A DNA stretch of 64,000 nucleotides from an uncultured Spirochaetota bacterium. GTDB taxonomy: Bacteria > Spirochaetota > Spirochaetia > SZUA-6 > Fen-1364. The DNA lies in assembly GCA_963781885.1 (NCBI GenBank), contig CAWAHW010000002.1, positions 896,001 through 960,000 on the forward strand, read 5' to 3'. The notes beneath the pieces were generated by a model. The model saw only the letters and a program-made list of their open reading frames with translations, had not been told where the DNA came from and made no database searches. Position 1 is the stretch's first letter; every line of letters starts with the position of its first letter. Positions 21,493 through 31,142 of this stretch are shown here, in pieces. The position numbers were made by a program, and so were the translations under genes.

Positions 21493-22110
21493 ATGCAAGT
21501 CAGAAGCGAAGAGACGCGCAACAAGATAATCCAGAGCAGCGTGAAGCTCTTCGCGGACAAGGGCTATGACGCAACGGGCGTCGCGGAGATCTGCGATGCC
21601 TCTGAGGTCAGCAAGGGCGCTTTTTATCACCACTTTCCCAGCAAGCAGTCGCTCTTCGTCGAGCTGCTGAGGGACTGGCTCAACGGGCTCGACGTGGAGC
21701 TGGGGCTTGTCATGAGCAAGGCACGCAGCGTGCCGGAAGGGCTGACCGCCATGGCGGGAGAGACCCGGGGCGTGTTCAGCGGCGCGGACGCCAGGATACA
21801 GCTCTTCTTCGAGTTCTGGCACCAGGCGCGGCGTGACCCTGAAATCTGGAAGGAGTTCATCGCTCCCTATCGACGCTACCAGGACTATTTTGCCGGCATC
21901 GTGGAGAAGGGGATCGCGGAGGGCTCCATCAAGCGAGTCGACGCGAAGGCCGCGGGACAAACGCTCGTTGCGCTGGCCCTCGGCATCGTCATCCAGGGCG
22001 TCGTGGATCCCACGGGCGCTTCGTGGGACCGGGTGATGAGGGATGCGGTTCATTTCCTTCTCACGGGAATATCGAAATCAACCCCTGCGGCAACGCAGGA
22101 GGGGAGGTAG
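21493..22110 (+). CDS. TetR/AcrR family transcriptional regulator
   Basis: LFADKGYDATGVAEICDASEVSKGAFYHHFPSK. Confidence 0.95.
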   Translation: MQVRSEETRNKIIQSSVKLFADKGYDATGVAEICDASEVSKGAFYHHFPSKQSLFVELLRDWLNGLDVELGLVMSKARSVPEGLTAMAGETRGVFSGADARIQLFFEFWHQARRDPEIWKEFIAPYRRYQDYFAGIVEKGIAEGSIKRVDAKAAGQTLVALALGIVIQGVVDPTGASWDRVMRDAVHFLLTGISKSTPAATQEGR

Positions 22111-22113
22111 GCT

Positions 22114-23952
22114 ATGGTTCTGGTGACAGGGGCCGCGGGCCATGTGGGAACGGCATTGGTGCGGGAGCTGGTCGGCCGCGGAGAGAAGGTCCGCGTGTTC
22201 GTCCTTCCCGACGAGGATATCTCGAGTCTCAATGGCATCCCGCTTGAAGTGGTGAAAGGCAATGTCCTGGACAGGGAATCCCTGCGCGCCGCGATGGCGG
22301 ACATCAACGTCGTCTATCACCTTGCCGGCATCATCTCGATCATGCCGGGGCGCAACGCCCGCATGCGGCAGGTCAATGTGGTCGGCACGTCGAACGTGGC
22401 GCGGGTTTCGCGCGAGTCCGGTGTCCGGCGCATGGTGTACGTGAGCTCCATCCACGCCCTGTCCCGGCCCCGCAAGGGCATCGCCATCACGGAAGGCGTC
22501 CACTTCGATCCGCACAACGCGGCAGGAGAATACGATCAGACCAAGGCGGAAGCATCCCTCGCGGTGCTCGCCGAGGTGGAGAAGGGTCTGGATGCGGTGA
22601 TCGTATGCCCCACGGGCATCATCGGGCCGTACCACTACCGCGGGGGCTCCCCTATGAGCAGCCAGATGCGCACGTGGATGAAGCCGGGATGGCATCTCAC
22701 GATAAACGGGCATTTCAACTTCGTCGACGTGCGGGACGTCGCGCGCGGCATGGTACTGGCCGCGGCGCGCGGCAGGAAGGGAGAGGCGTACATCCTTCGA
22801 GGCGCGCGCATCTCCGTGGCGGATCTCCTGAGGATGGTGCGCCAGGTCACCGGCCGGAAAGGCGTCGACATCCTCGTGCCCTTCCGCCTTGCGCTTTTCG
22901 GCGCATCGTTTTCCGCCATCCATGCGCGGCTGTGGAAGACCCGGGTTCGTTTCACCCGATACGCGCTGGAAACACTGGCGAGCAACTCGGACATCTGCGG
23001 GGATAAGGCAGCGCGTGAGCTTGGCTATGTGCCCCGGCCCATCGTTGAGACGGTCACGGAAACCGTCCGCTGGCTGGCGGACAATCCCGAGCAGCCGATG
23101 CAGGTCGCGGCCCCCGCGCCGCGCACGGCGTCCGTCGCTGCCCGTCCCGTCGTGAAGGGCCGGCCGCGCGTCGCCGTGGTGACGGGTGCCTCCAGCGGCA
23201 TCGGGGCGGTGACGGCCCAGAGTCTTGCCGCGCTCGGCTACCGCGTCCTGCTCGTGGCGCGCAGCCGGGAGAAGCTCCAGGGGGTCGCGGGGTCGATCGA
23301 GGCGGCCGGCGGTGAGGCGGAAGTTCTCGCGGTGGACCTTGCGCGCCCCGAAGGCGTCCGCGCCGTCTACGACCGCGTCATCGAGCGCGGCGAGGGAATA
23401 GACGTCCTGGTCAACAATGCCGGCTTCGGCTGGTACGGGTACGCCTCGGACATGCCCGCCGACATCGTGCGGGAGATGATACAGGTCAACAACGAGGCGC
23501 TTGCGCAGCTCATCATGATGTTCCTGCCGCTCATGCGGGGCAGGGGCCAGGGTCACGTCATCAACGTCAGCTCCATCGTCGGCGGCTTCCCCAGCCCCTG
23601 GGCGGCGCTGTACTCGGCAACGAAGTCCTTCATCGACTCGCTCTCCACGGCGCTCTATCGCGAGCACCGGGGCACGGGCGTGCATGTCTCCGCGGTGCGG
23701 CCCGGCCCTGTCGTGACGGACTTCTACCGCGCCGTCACGCAGAGATCGCAGGGCCGATCGATACCCGTCGGACGCTCATCCGTCCGTCCCGAGGTGGTGG
23801 CCGCGGCGATCGTCAACCTGCTGCGCAGGCCGCGGCGCGCCGTGTACGTGCCGCGCAGGTTCAGCGTCCTTCCGTGGGTCGAGCTGGGATTCGGCTGGCT
23901 GTACGACCGGGTGGCGGGCATCCTCCTGCGGCGGCAGGGCTCGCAGGCATAG
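22114..23952 (+). CDS. Fusion of extended SDR (NAD-dependent epimerase/dehydratase, HpnA/DFR-like) and classical SDR oxidoreductase
   Basis: N-domain VTGAAGHVG, YDQTK; Pro/Ala linker; C-domain VTGASSGIG, NNAG, YSATK. Confidence 0.85.
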   Translation: MVLVTGAAGHVGTALVRELVGRGEKVRVFVLPDEDISSLNGIPLEVVKGNVLDRESLRAAMADINVVYHLAGIISIMPGRNARMRQVNVVGTSNVARVSRESGVRRMVYVSSIHALSRPRKGIAITEGVHFDPHNAAGEYDQTKAEASLAVLAEVEKGLDAVIVCPTGIIGPYHYRGGSPMSSQMRTWMKPGWHLTINGHFNFVDVRDVARGMVLAAARGRKGEAYILRGARISVADLLRMVRQVTGRKGVDILVPFRLALFGASFSAIHARLWKTRVRFTRYALETLASNSDICGDKAARELGYVPRPIVETVTETVRWLADNPEQPMQVAAPAPRTASVAARPVVKGRPRVAVVTGASSGIGAVTAQSLAALGYRVLLVARSREKLQGVAGSIEAAGGEAEVLAVDLARPEGVRAVYDRVIERGEGIDVLVNNAGFGWYGYASDMPADIVREMIQVNNEALAQLIMMFLPLMRGRGQGHVINVSSIVGGFPSPWAALYSATKSFIDSLSTALYREHRGTGVHVSAVRPGPVVTDFYRAVTQRSQGRSIPVGRSSVRPEVVAAAIVNLLRRPRRAVYVPRRFSVLPWVELGFGWLYDRVAGILLRRQGSQA

Positions 23953-23975
23953 GCGCGGGCCGGGGCCGACAACAC

Positions 23976-24383
23976 TCACTCCCGGTCGGTGCGGAGTATG
24001 CGCTCGGCAAGCAGGACAGCGTTGAGCACTCCCTGCTTGCCGATGCCCATGGTGGCCACGGGCACGCCGCGGGGGAGCTGCAGGATGGAGAGAAGCGCGT
24101 CGATGCCGGAGAGCGAGCCCGACACCAAAGGTATGCCGATGACGGGCAGCTCCACGAGTGACGCAACAATGCCCGGCAGGGCCGCCGAAAGACCGGCAGC
24201 CGCAATGACGATCCTGTAGGAAGCAGCCTCCTGCCTCAGAAAATCGACCAGTTGCTCGAGGTTGCGGTGCGCGGAGAGCACCTTGAGCTCGAAGCTCATT
24301 CCCTTTTCCGACATGAGCTCGAGCCCCGGCTCCATCGCCGGCGTATCGGATTCCGACCCGATGATGACAAGCACATCTTTCAT
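23976..24383 (-). CDS. purE: AIR carboxylase/N5-CAIR mutase
   Basis: IIGSESD, SAHR, AAAGLSAALPG, PVIGIP, QLPRGVPVAT; start at MKDVL overlapping purD stop. Confidence 0.93.
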   Translation of the reverse strand: MKDVLVIIGSESDTPAMEPGLELMSEKGMSFELKVLSAHRNLEQLVDFLRQEAASYRIVIAAAGLSAALPGIVASLVELPVIGIPLVSGSLSGIDALLSILQLPRGVPVATMGIGKQGVLNAVLLAERILRTDRE

Positions 24384-25657
24384 GGCATTCCTCCGAAAAA
24401 CTTCCTCCCGATATCGCGTCGAAACCATGCCCCGTCGAAGCTGACGCGTTCCGCTGCCCGGTAGGCATTTCGGGAAGCTTCCACGAGGTCGCGGCCCGTC
24501 CCGACGGCGGTGAAACACCTTCCGCCGCCCGTGCGGATGTCGCCGTCAGGGCCTCTGACCGTGCCCGCGTGAAAAAGCACCGCGTCGGTGCCGGCGAAAT
24601 CAGGGAGAGGCGCCACCCGCGCGCCTTTTTCCGGGTTGTCGGGGTAGCCCCTGCTCGCCACAACGACGCCGAGCGCGGCGCCCGGCGCGCCCGCAGGCGA
24701 TGCAGCCCGGCCTGAATGCTCCGCCAGCGTCCCGCCCGCCATCGCTGCCACCAGCTCCCCGAGATCATGACCGAGCATGGGCATGAGGACCTGGGTCTCG
24801 GGGTCCCCGAACCTCGCGTTGAACTCGAGAAGCTTCGGCCCGGCCGCGGTGATCATGAGACCGAAATAGAGCACGCCGGCATAGCCCAGGCCCTCGCGCT
24901 TCAGCGCCGCATAAGTTGGCTCGACCACCTCCCGGCGGATGCGGTCCATCAGGCCGGCGTCCACCCACGGCACCGGGCAGATCGAGCCCATGCCTCCCGT
25001 GTTGGGACCCTTGTCCCCATCCAGGGCCTTCTTGAAATCCGTGCAGGGCGGCAGGACCATGAAATCCTTCCCGTCGCTCAGGCCGAATATGGAGACCTCC
25101 CAGCCTTCCAGGAACTCCTCGACGAGCAGGACGTCACTTTTCAGTATTGCGCGGCCGAATGGGACGAGGTCTTCCACGCGTGAGGACTCGAGCACGCCCT
25201 TGCCCGCCGCAAGACCGCTCTTCTTCACGACCAGGCGTCTGCCCTGCGCCGCGCGCACGCGGCTCTCAAACAGGAGAGGATCGGAGAACTCCTCCGCCAG
25301 AGCCGTGGGCAGCCCGTTTCTCTGCATGAAAGCCTTGGAAAATGACTTGCTCGATTCGAGGCGCGCCGCGCTGGCACAGGGACCGACGGCCGGGATCTTC
25401 TCCTGGGCAAGGTAATCCACGACGCCGTCCGCAAGCGGGCCCTCGGGGCCGACGAAAACGCAGTCGATGCGATTCACCCGGCAGGCATCGGCAATCGTGT
25501 CGAAGCGGGCAGGATTCACGTCGGGCAGATTCTGCGCGCAGGAGCCCGTTCCCGCATTGCCCGGGCCGACAAAAACCTTTTCGATGCTTTTCCCCCGCGC
25601 GAGCCTCCAGGCCAGGGCGTGCTCCCGGCCGCCCGACCCGAGCACGAGCACCCTCAT
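24380..25657 (-). CDS. purD: Phosphoribosylamine--glycine ligase
   Basis: GSGGREHAL, GLAAGKGV, GPNTGGMG, EFNARFGDPETQ. Confidence 0.97.
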   Translation of the reverse strand: MRVLVLGSGGREHALAWRLARGKSIEKVFVGPGNAGTGSCAQNLPDVNPARFDTIADACRVNRIDCVFVGPEGPLADGVVDYLAQEKIPAVGPCASAARLESSKSFSKAFMQRNGLPTALAEEFSDPLLFESRVRAAQGRRLVVKKSGLAAGKGVLESSRVEDLVPFGRAILKSDVLLVEEFLEGWEVSIFGLSDGKDFMVLPPCTDFKKALDGDKGPNTGGMGSICPVPWVDAGLMDRIRREVVEPTYAALKREGLGYAGVLYFGLMITAAGPKLLEFNARFGDPETQVLMPMLGHDLGELVAAMAGGTLAEHSGRAASPAGAPGAALGVVVASRGYPDNPEKGARVAPLPDFAGTDAVLFHAGTVRGPDGDIRTGGGRCFTAVGTGRDLVEASRNAYRAAERVSFDGAWFRRDIGRKFFGGMP

Positions 25658-26247
25658 GGACGCGCCCCCGACGCGCTCATCCCGTCAAGGCCATCCAGGA
25701 GCTCCAGGACGACGCGCGGGAACCATTCGTGCTCCAGCGCGTGGATGCGCTCTTCGATCTGCTCCCGGCTCTCCGTGTGCGCACGTGTGAAGGACTTCTG
25801 GAGCAGGATGGGCCCGGTGTCCACACCGGCATCGACCCTGATCACGGAGATGCCAAGCTCGGCATCGGCGGAACGGAAGCTCTCATCCAGCGCGTGCGCG
25901 CCGGGATATTTCGGCAGCAGGCTGGGGTGGAGATTCACGATGGGGCCCTTGAAGGCGTCGATGAACCACGGCGTCAAGAGCCTCATGAAGCCGGCGAGCG
26001 CCACCATGTCCACGCCGCGCCGCTCGAGGTGGCGCACGATCTTCTTCTCGATGACCTGGCGTTCCACGCCCTTGTAGCTCACCTCCACCGTCTGCACGCC
26101 CAGGCTCGTGGCGCGCTGGAGGACAGGAGCGCCCTCCACGTCGCAGAGGAGGAACTCGATGCCGTGACGGCGCGCCTGCAGGAGCGCCGCTGCCAGCGCG
26201 ACGAAGTTGCTCCCCGTGCCCGATGCAAAGACGGCAAGCCGCGCCAT
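25654..26247 (-). CDS. purN: Phosphoribosylglycinamide formyltransferase
   Basis: ASGTGSN, LAGFMRLL, NLHPSLLP, VDTGPI. Confidence 0.96.
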   Translation of the reverse strand: MARLAVFASGTGSNFVALAAALLQARRHGIEFLLCDVEGAPVLQRATSLGVQTVEVSYKGVERQVIEKKIVRHLERRGVDMVALAGFMRLLTPWFIDAFKGPIVNLHPSLLPKYPGAHALDESFRSADAELGISVIRVDAGVDTGPILLQKSFTRAHTESREQIEERIHALEHEWFPRVVLELLDGLDGMSASGARP

Positions 26248-27197
26248 CAGTCGAGCACTCCGATGTCCAGGAGCTCGAATCCCTCCTGCCGCGCCAGGGC
26301 GTGCAGCGCGCCGGCATCGGCGGCGTGGGCGATCATGGCGATGCCGACGCCGAGATTGAAGACGGAGCGCATCTCCTGGTTGGAGACATCGCCCGCCTTC
26401 CTGATCTTTTCAAAGATGGGGGGTACGGGCCAGTCGAATGTGAAGCGCGGCGTGCATTTATCCGGAATGACGCGCTGAAGGTTGCCGTAAAGCCCCCCAC
26501 CGGTAATGTGCGCCGCGGCGAGCAACTTCTTGGAGGCGATGAGCGCTCCCAGCTCGGTGGCGTAGATCCGGGTCGGGACGAGCATTTCCTGCCAGGCGGC
26601 CCGGTCGCTTTGCGGTATCGCCTTTCGCGCCAGCGACAGGCCGTTGGAATGTATGCCCGTCGAGGGCAGCCCCAGGATCACGTCACCTGCGCGGATCTCA
26701 TCCTTGCGCGGCAGCATGTTTGATTTCTCCGCGATCCCCACTGCGAAGCCCGCAAGATCGAAGTCCTCCGCGTCGTAAACGTCCGGCATCTCCGCGGTTT
26801 CCCCGCCCCCGAGGCTGCACCCTGCCAGCTCGCATCCCTTCACGATCCCCCGCATGAGCGCGTGCAGACGCGTCTCGTCGATCCTTCCGCAGGCGATGTA
26901 GTCCAGAAAAACCAGGGGGCGCGCGCCGCAGACAAGGAGATCGTTCACGTTCATCGCCACGAGGTCGATGCCGATCGTGTCATAGATGCCCAGCGCGCGC
27001 GCCACGAGCAGCTTCGTGCCGGTTCCGTCCGTCGTCGTCATGAGGACGGGCGAGGTGAAGCCAAGCGTGTCCAGGGCCAGGGCCGAGGAAAAGCCGCCGA
27101 TGCCGGCATCCACGGCCTTCGACTTGATGCTCTTGATGAAGTCGACGAACCGGTCGCCGCGGTCGATGTCCACCCCTGCTTCCTGGTAGGTCTTCAT
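26247..27197 (-). CDS. purM: AIR synthetase
   Basis: YQEAGVD, DGTGTK, GGETAEMP, GIHSNG, HITGGG. Confidence 0.97.
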   Translation of the reverse strand: MKTYQEAGVDIDRGDRFVDFIKSIKSKAVDAGIGGFSSALALDTLGFTSPVLMTTTDGTGTKLLVARALGIYDTIGIDLVAMNVNDLLVCGARPLVFLDYIACGRIDETRLHALMRGIVKGCELAGCSLGGGETAEMPDVYDAEDFDLAGFAVGIAEKSNMLPRKDEIRAGDVILGLPSTGIHSNGLSLARKAIPQSDRAAWQEMLVPTRIYATELGALIASKKLLAAAHITGGGLYGNLQRVIPDKCTPRFTFDWPVPPIFEKIRKAGDVSNQEMRSVFNLGVGIAMIAHAADAGALHALARQEGFELLDIGVLD

Positions 27198-27241
27198 GCG
27201 CGCTCCTTGAAGGCGATATCACCGGCGCGGGCCGGGCGGTC

Positions 27242-28642
27242 CTATCTTTTTCTGCTCACCGGCGCATCAGTGACCGGGCACGGGTAAGAGCCAGAGAAGC
27301 AGGCGGTGCAGTAGTCCCCGGGGTTCGGCACGCATCGGCGCAGCTCGTCCAGCGACAGGAAACGCACGGAGTCCGCGTCGATCTCCCGGGCGATCCCGTC
27401 GGGATCGAGCCGATTGGAGATGAGCTCTTCCTTGGTCGGTATATCGATGCCGTAGAAGCAGGGAAACCGGATGGGCGGGGAGGACATCCGCAGGTGCACC
27501 TCGCGCGCCCCTGCTTCGCGCAGCAGCCGCACGATCTGGCGCGACGTGGTGCCGCGTACAAGCGAATCGTCCACCACGGCCACGCTCCTGCCCGCGATGG
27601 CTTCCCGCACGGGATGCAGCTTCATGCGCACGCCCCACTCGCGCATGGCGACCGTGGGCTGGATGAAGGTGCGGCCCGTGTAGTGGTTGCGCTGGAGACC
27701 CAGCTCGAGGGGCACGCCTGAAGCCTGCGCATAGCCCAGGGCCGCGCTGTTGCCGCTGTCGGGCACGGCGATCACGATGTCGGGCCTGATGGTGTCGGTG
27801 CGCGCGAGCATCTCTCCCATGCGCTTGCGCGCCATGTGCACCGATTCGCCGTAGACCACCGAGTCGGGCCGGGCAAAATAGATCAGCTCGAAGATGCAGT
27901 GCGCGCGGCGCCCGACCTCCGCGTGCGGCAGCCGCTCGGAGCTCACGGTCGTCCCGTCCACGGTGACGAGCTCACCCGGGGCGATCTCCCGGATGTCGCG
28001 CGCTTCGAACATTTCCAGCGCGCAGGTCTCCGAAGCGATGATGACCTGTCCGTCACGCGTGCCCATCACCAGAGGGCGGAAGCCGTACGGGTCGCGCACG
28101 GCATACATCCTGGCGTCATGCATCATGAGGAAGCAGTACGCGCCCTGTATCTCCCGCAGGCATTCGATGAGCGCGTCCTTGAATGTCGGCTGGCGCGACC
28201 GGGCGATCATGTGGAGGAGGAGCTCCGTGTCCGAGGTGCTCTGGAAAATGGAGCCCTCCGCGACCAGCTTCCGCTGCAGCTCCTCTGAATTGGAGATGTT
28301 GCCATTGTGGGCAAGGGAGATTTCGCCCTTGCTGCACGACACGACGATGGGCTGCGCGTTTTCCAGCTTGTTCGTGCCCTGGGTGGAGTAGCGCACGTGC
28401 CCGATGCCCAGCCGCGATGAGTGCGTCTCAGAAAGATAGTGGGAGAGCGCCTGCGTGACCATGCCGACGCTGCGGTACGACCTGATGCGTCCATGCCTCT
28501 GGTAGGCAAGACCCGCGCTTTCCTGGCCCCTGTGCTGGAGTGAGAACAGCCCGTAGAAGAGCAGCTCGGGCATGTTGACCTCCTCTCGCGAGGAGATGCC
28601 CACGATGCCGCAGTGATGCCGGAGCGATTCGCCGTCTTCCAC
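27242..28642 (-). CDS. purF: Amidophosphoribosyltransferase
   Basis: Short propeptide then CGIVG, QHRGQES, GHVRYST, VDDSLVRGTT; GTG start at 28642 preferred. Confidence 0.96.
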   Translation of the reverse strand: MEDGESLRHHCGIVGISSREEVNMPELLFYGLFSLQHRGQESAGLAYQRHGRIRSYRSVGMVTQALSHYLSETHSSRLGIGHVRYSTQGTNKLENAQPIVVSCSKGEISLAHNGNISNSEELQRKLVAEGSIFQSTSDTELLLHMIARSRQPTFKDALIECLREIQGAYCFLMMHDARMYAVRDPYGFRPLVMGTRDGQVIIASETCALEMFEARDIREIAPGELVTVDGTTVSSERLPHAEVGRRAHCIFELIYFARPDSVVYGESVHMARKRMGEMLARTDTIRPDIVIAVPDSGNSAALGYAQASGVPLELGLQRNHYTGRTFIQPTVAMREWGVRMKLHPVREAIAGRSVAVVDDSLVRGTTSRQIVRLLREAGAREVHLRMSSPPIRFPCFYGIDIPTKEELISNRLDPDGIAREIDADSVRFLSLDELRRCVPNPGDYCTACFSGSYPCPVTDAPVSRKR

Positions 28643-28648
28643 GCCGGA

Positions 28649-28702
28649 ATGAAACACAAAAGGGGGGTGCGAGTCAACACGGCCACGGTACCCCGTGGCA
28701 TT
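28649..28702 (-). promoter_or_regulatory. purF promoter with upstream palindromic motif
   Basis: Minus strand AATGCCACGGGGTACCGTG, 6 bp, TTGACT-17-TTTCAT. Confidence 0.55.
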
Positions 28703-28738
28703 CAGAACGGCGCTGCCGGCTTGACGGCGCCGGCGGGG

Positions 28739-29416
28739 TCAGCTCTTCTTCACCTTGCGGATGTCCTTCAGGTAGTTGTAAACGGTGAATTTCGTAACAC
28801 CCATTTTCCTGGCCAGGACGTCCACGGAGCCTTTCAGGTTGAAGAGGCCCTGGACGTAGAGCTCGTGGACGATCCGCCTGTTTCTTTCTATCGATGAAAC
28901 GCCGCTCATGATGGAGAACCTTTGGACGGCTGAGCGGTACGAGTTCTCTATGAGATTTTCCGCGGTGGGCGAATAATGCTCCGCGATCTTCGTGCCCGGC
29001 ACGTCCTGCCCGATGGCCGGGAAGGTTGCCAGGAGGTCGACGAGCGACCCGGACAGGTTGAAGTTGATGCAGAGAAAGCCGATCAGCTTACCCCTTCGAT
29101 TGCGGATACATGTGGTGACGGAATGCACCACCTTGCCGCCGGACACCGTTGAGGTATAGGGCCCGATAACATCCGAATCGTGGGTTTTCGATTCGTTCAG
29201 GACCCCCAGGGCGAGATCGGTAAGGGGCGCACCCACCTTCCGGCCCGTCACATGCCCGTTGACGATCTTGATCACGGAATGGGTCGGATCTTCGAGCGAA
29301 TGCACAACGACCTCTGTTTCGCTCCCGAAACAGCGCGCGATGCCGACCGCGATGTTTGCATAGTTGCTCAAAAGCGACTTCTCTTCCGCCGAAAACTGTT
29401 TTTTAATGTTTTCCAA
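28739..29416 (-). CDS. YheO/DauR-like regulator (PAS_6 + HTH_22)
   Basis: EVVVHSL, NGHVTGRKVGAPLTDLAL, GFLCINF, GLFNLKGSVDVLARKMGVTKFTVYNYL; TTG start inferred. Confidence 0.9.
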   Translation of the reverse strand: MENIKKQFSAEEKSLLSNYANIAVGIARCFGSETEVVVHSLEDPTHSVIKIVNGHVTGRKVGAPLTDLALGVLNESKTHDSDVIGPYTSTVSGGKVVHSVTTCIRNRRGKLIGFLCINFNLSGSLVDLLATFPAIGQDVPGTKIAEHYSPTAENLIENSYRSAVQRFSIMSGVSSIERNRRIVHELYVQGLFNLKGSVDVLARKMGVTKFTVYNYLKDIRKVKKS

Positions 29417-29482
29417 TGTGTCGGTCCCCCGACTCCTAATATAGCGTTCGCCTTCCACAAAGCAAGCCGTCAATTCAAGAAA

Positions 29483-29544
29483 GACAAAATATTTGAAACA
29501 ATCAACAAAATTGTCTTGACAACCCATTGCGTCGGGCATATTCT
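29483..29544 (+). promoter_or_regulatory. ABC operon promoter with conserved 39-bp box
   Basis: GACAAAATATTTGAAACAATCAACAAAATTGTCTTGACA then 17 bp then TATTCT; box repeated at 35071. Confidence 0.75.
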
Positions 29545-29743
29545 ACGGAACGAAAAACAGGAAAGGGCGGCGCGTCGCGGTCCTATCCGGTCTGGACGAA
29601 AAGGTTGGAGCAGGGAAGATGATGGGCGAACAATCATGCGCAGGGTTGTTTCGGCGGTGCCGGCCGGAGGCGCGTCGCGCTCAATCGAACTGACGTTGGC
29701 GTTCTACCGAAAGGTTGAAATCAATCAGAGGAGGTCGGAGAAA

Positions 29744-31075
29744 ATGAAGGTTTCTGGGAGAGTAATAACTCTGGCGAATGTGCTCCTGGTCTCGTGTCTG
29801 CTGTGCGCGCCTGTCGTCGCGCAGACCTCGGGTTCCGGAGCCAAGGCGACCATCACCTTTGCGGCCAGAACTGAAACCGGCAACGTGATGGAAGCCCGCA
29901 ATCTCAGCCTGGCAAGATTCGCCGCAAAGTATCCCAATATCACCGTCAAGAGGGAAGAGATGCCTCAGACGGACTTCTGGATCAAAATCACCGCGGAAAT
30001 CGCGGGCGGACAATGCCCCGATGTGATTTCGCTCCCGTACCTGGAGCAGGCCGTGACCTTCGCGGGAAAGGGTCTGCTTGAACCCCTCGATGCGTACATT
30101 GACGGTTCCAGTGGCCTGGATCGAAAGGATTGGATTCCGGAGCTGAGCAACATGGGTGTATACGGCGGCAAACAGCTCGTCCTGCCGGTGGCATTGATGA
30201 CAACGGGTCTCGGCTACAACAAGGACATGTTCGACAAGGCCGGCGTCGCTTACCCGACCGCAAACTGGACGTGGGATGACATGCTGGCCGCCGCAAAGAA
30301 GCTGACCTTGGATGACAAGGGCAGGAACGCCGGGGATCCCGCGTTCAATCCCGACAAGATTGTCCAGTGGGGCATCTATACCTGGTGGTGGAACTCGGAT
30401 TTCGATCTCTACCTGTGGACCTTCGGCGGCAACTGGCTGAGCGAGGACGGGAAAACGTGCCTGCTCGACAGTCCGCAGGCGCTTGCGGCCCTTACGTTCT
30501 ACGGCGACCTCACGCAGAAATACCACGTTGCACCCTACCTGCGTGAGCTGGCACCGGCCCACGGGCATCCGGCCATGATGCAGAAACAGGTTGCAATGGC
30601 GTTCATCGACATCGGCAACATCGCACTGGTCGATGGCGCCGGCATCAACTGGGGCATGGCTCCGATTCCCTTCAAGAAGGACGTTGGCAAGCGCGCGGCT
30701 TTTCTGTACGGGGACGGCGTCGCCATTCTCAAAGGGGCCCAGAACAAGGCCGCAGGCTGGGAGCTTGCAAAATGGCTTGCGGGCCCTGACATGGATCCGC
30801 AGCTCGCAAAGGCCGGCTATGGCTTCCCGCCCTACAAGTCCGCCATGGCCCGGCTGGCATTCAGCCCGAAGGTGAATGTCCTGCTCGACATGGTGCAGAA
30901 AGGGTGGACGCGCGCCATCCGCGCGACCGACTACCAGGGCATGGTCGTCACTCCCTGCAACACACTCATGGAAAGCGCGCTTGCAAAAGGGTCGAGGCCC
31001 GACTACAAGGCCCTGCTCCAGCAGGCCACCGCGCAGTGCACGCAGGCCATTCAAGATGCACCGCCACTGCAGTAG
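29744..31075 (+). CDS. Carbohydrate ABC transporter substrate-binding protein
   Basis: RBS GGAG, signal peptide, GLLEPLD, YNKDMFDKAGVAYPTANWTWDD. Confidence 0.9.
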   Translation: MKVSGRVITLANVLLVSCLLCAPVVAQTSGSGAKATITFAARTETGNVMEARNLSLARFAAKYPNITVKREEMPQTDFWIKITAEIAGGQCPDVISLPYLEQAVTFAGKGLLEPLDAYIDGSSGLDRKDWIPELSNMGVYGGKQLVLPVALMTTGLGYNKDMFDKAGVAYPTANWTWDDMLAAAKKLTLDDKGRNAGDPAFNPDKIVQWGIYTWWWNSDFDLYLWTFGGNWLSEDGKTCLLDSPQALAALTFYGDLTQKYHVAPYLRELAPAHGHPAMMQKQVAMAFIDIGNIALVDGAGINWGMAPIPFKKDVGKRAAFLYGDGVAILKGAQNKAAGWELAKWLAGPDMDPQLAKAGYGFPPYKSAMARLAFSPKVNVLLDMVQKGWTRAIRATDYQGMVVTPCNTLMESALAKGSRPDYKALLQQATAQCTQAIQDAPPLQ

Positions 31076-31082
31076 GAGCTGA

Positions 31083-31132
31083 CACTCCCGGCGATGAAGG
31101 TGGCCCCCCGGGGTCACCTTCATCAGGGAGTG
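31083..31132 (+). other. Intercistronic stem-loop after the binding-protein gene
   Basis: GATGAAGGTGGCCCC/GGGGTCACCTTCATC stem plus outer CACTCCC/GGGAGTG; no U tract, likely mRNA stabiliser. Confidence 0.65.
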
Positions 31133-31142
31133 CTGTCGCGCA

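Noticed and set aside
29180-29743. 188-aa N-terminal extension of the binding protein
   Set aside because: Overlaps the divergent regulator and promoter; RBS and signal peptide place the start at 29744
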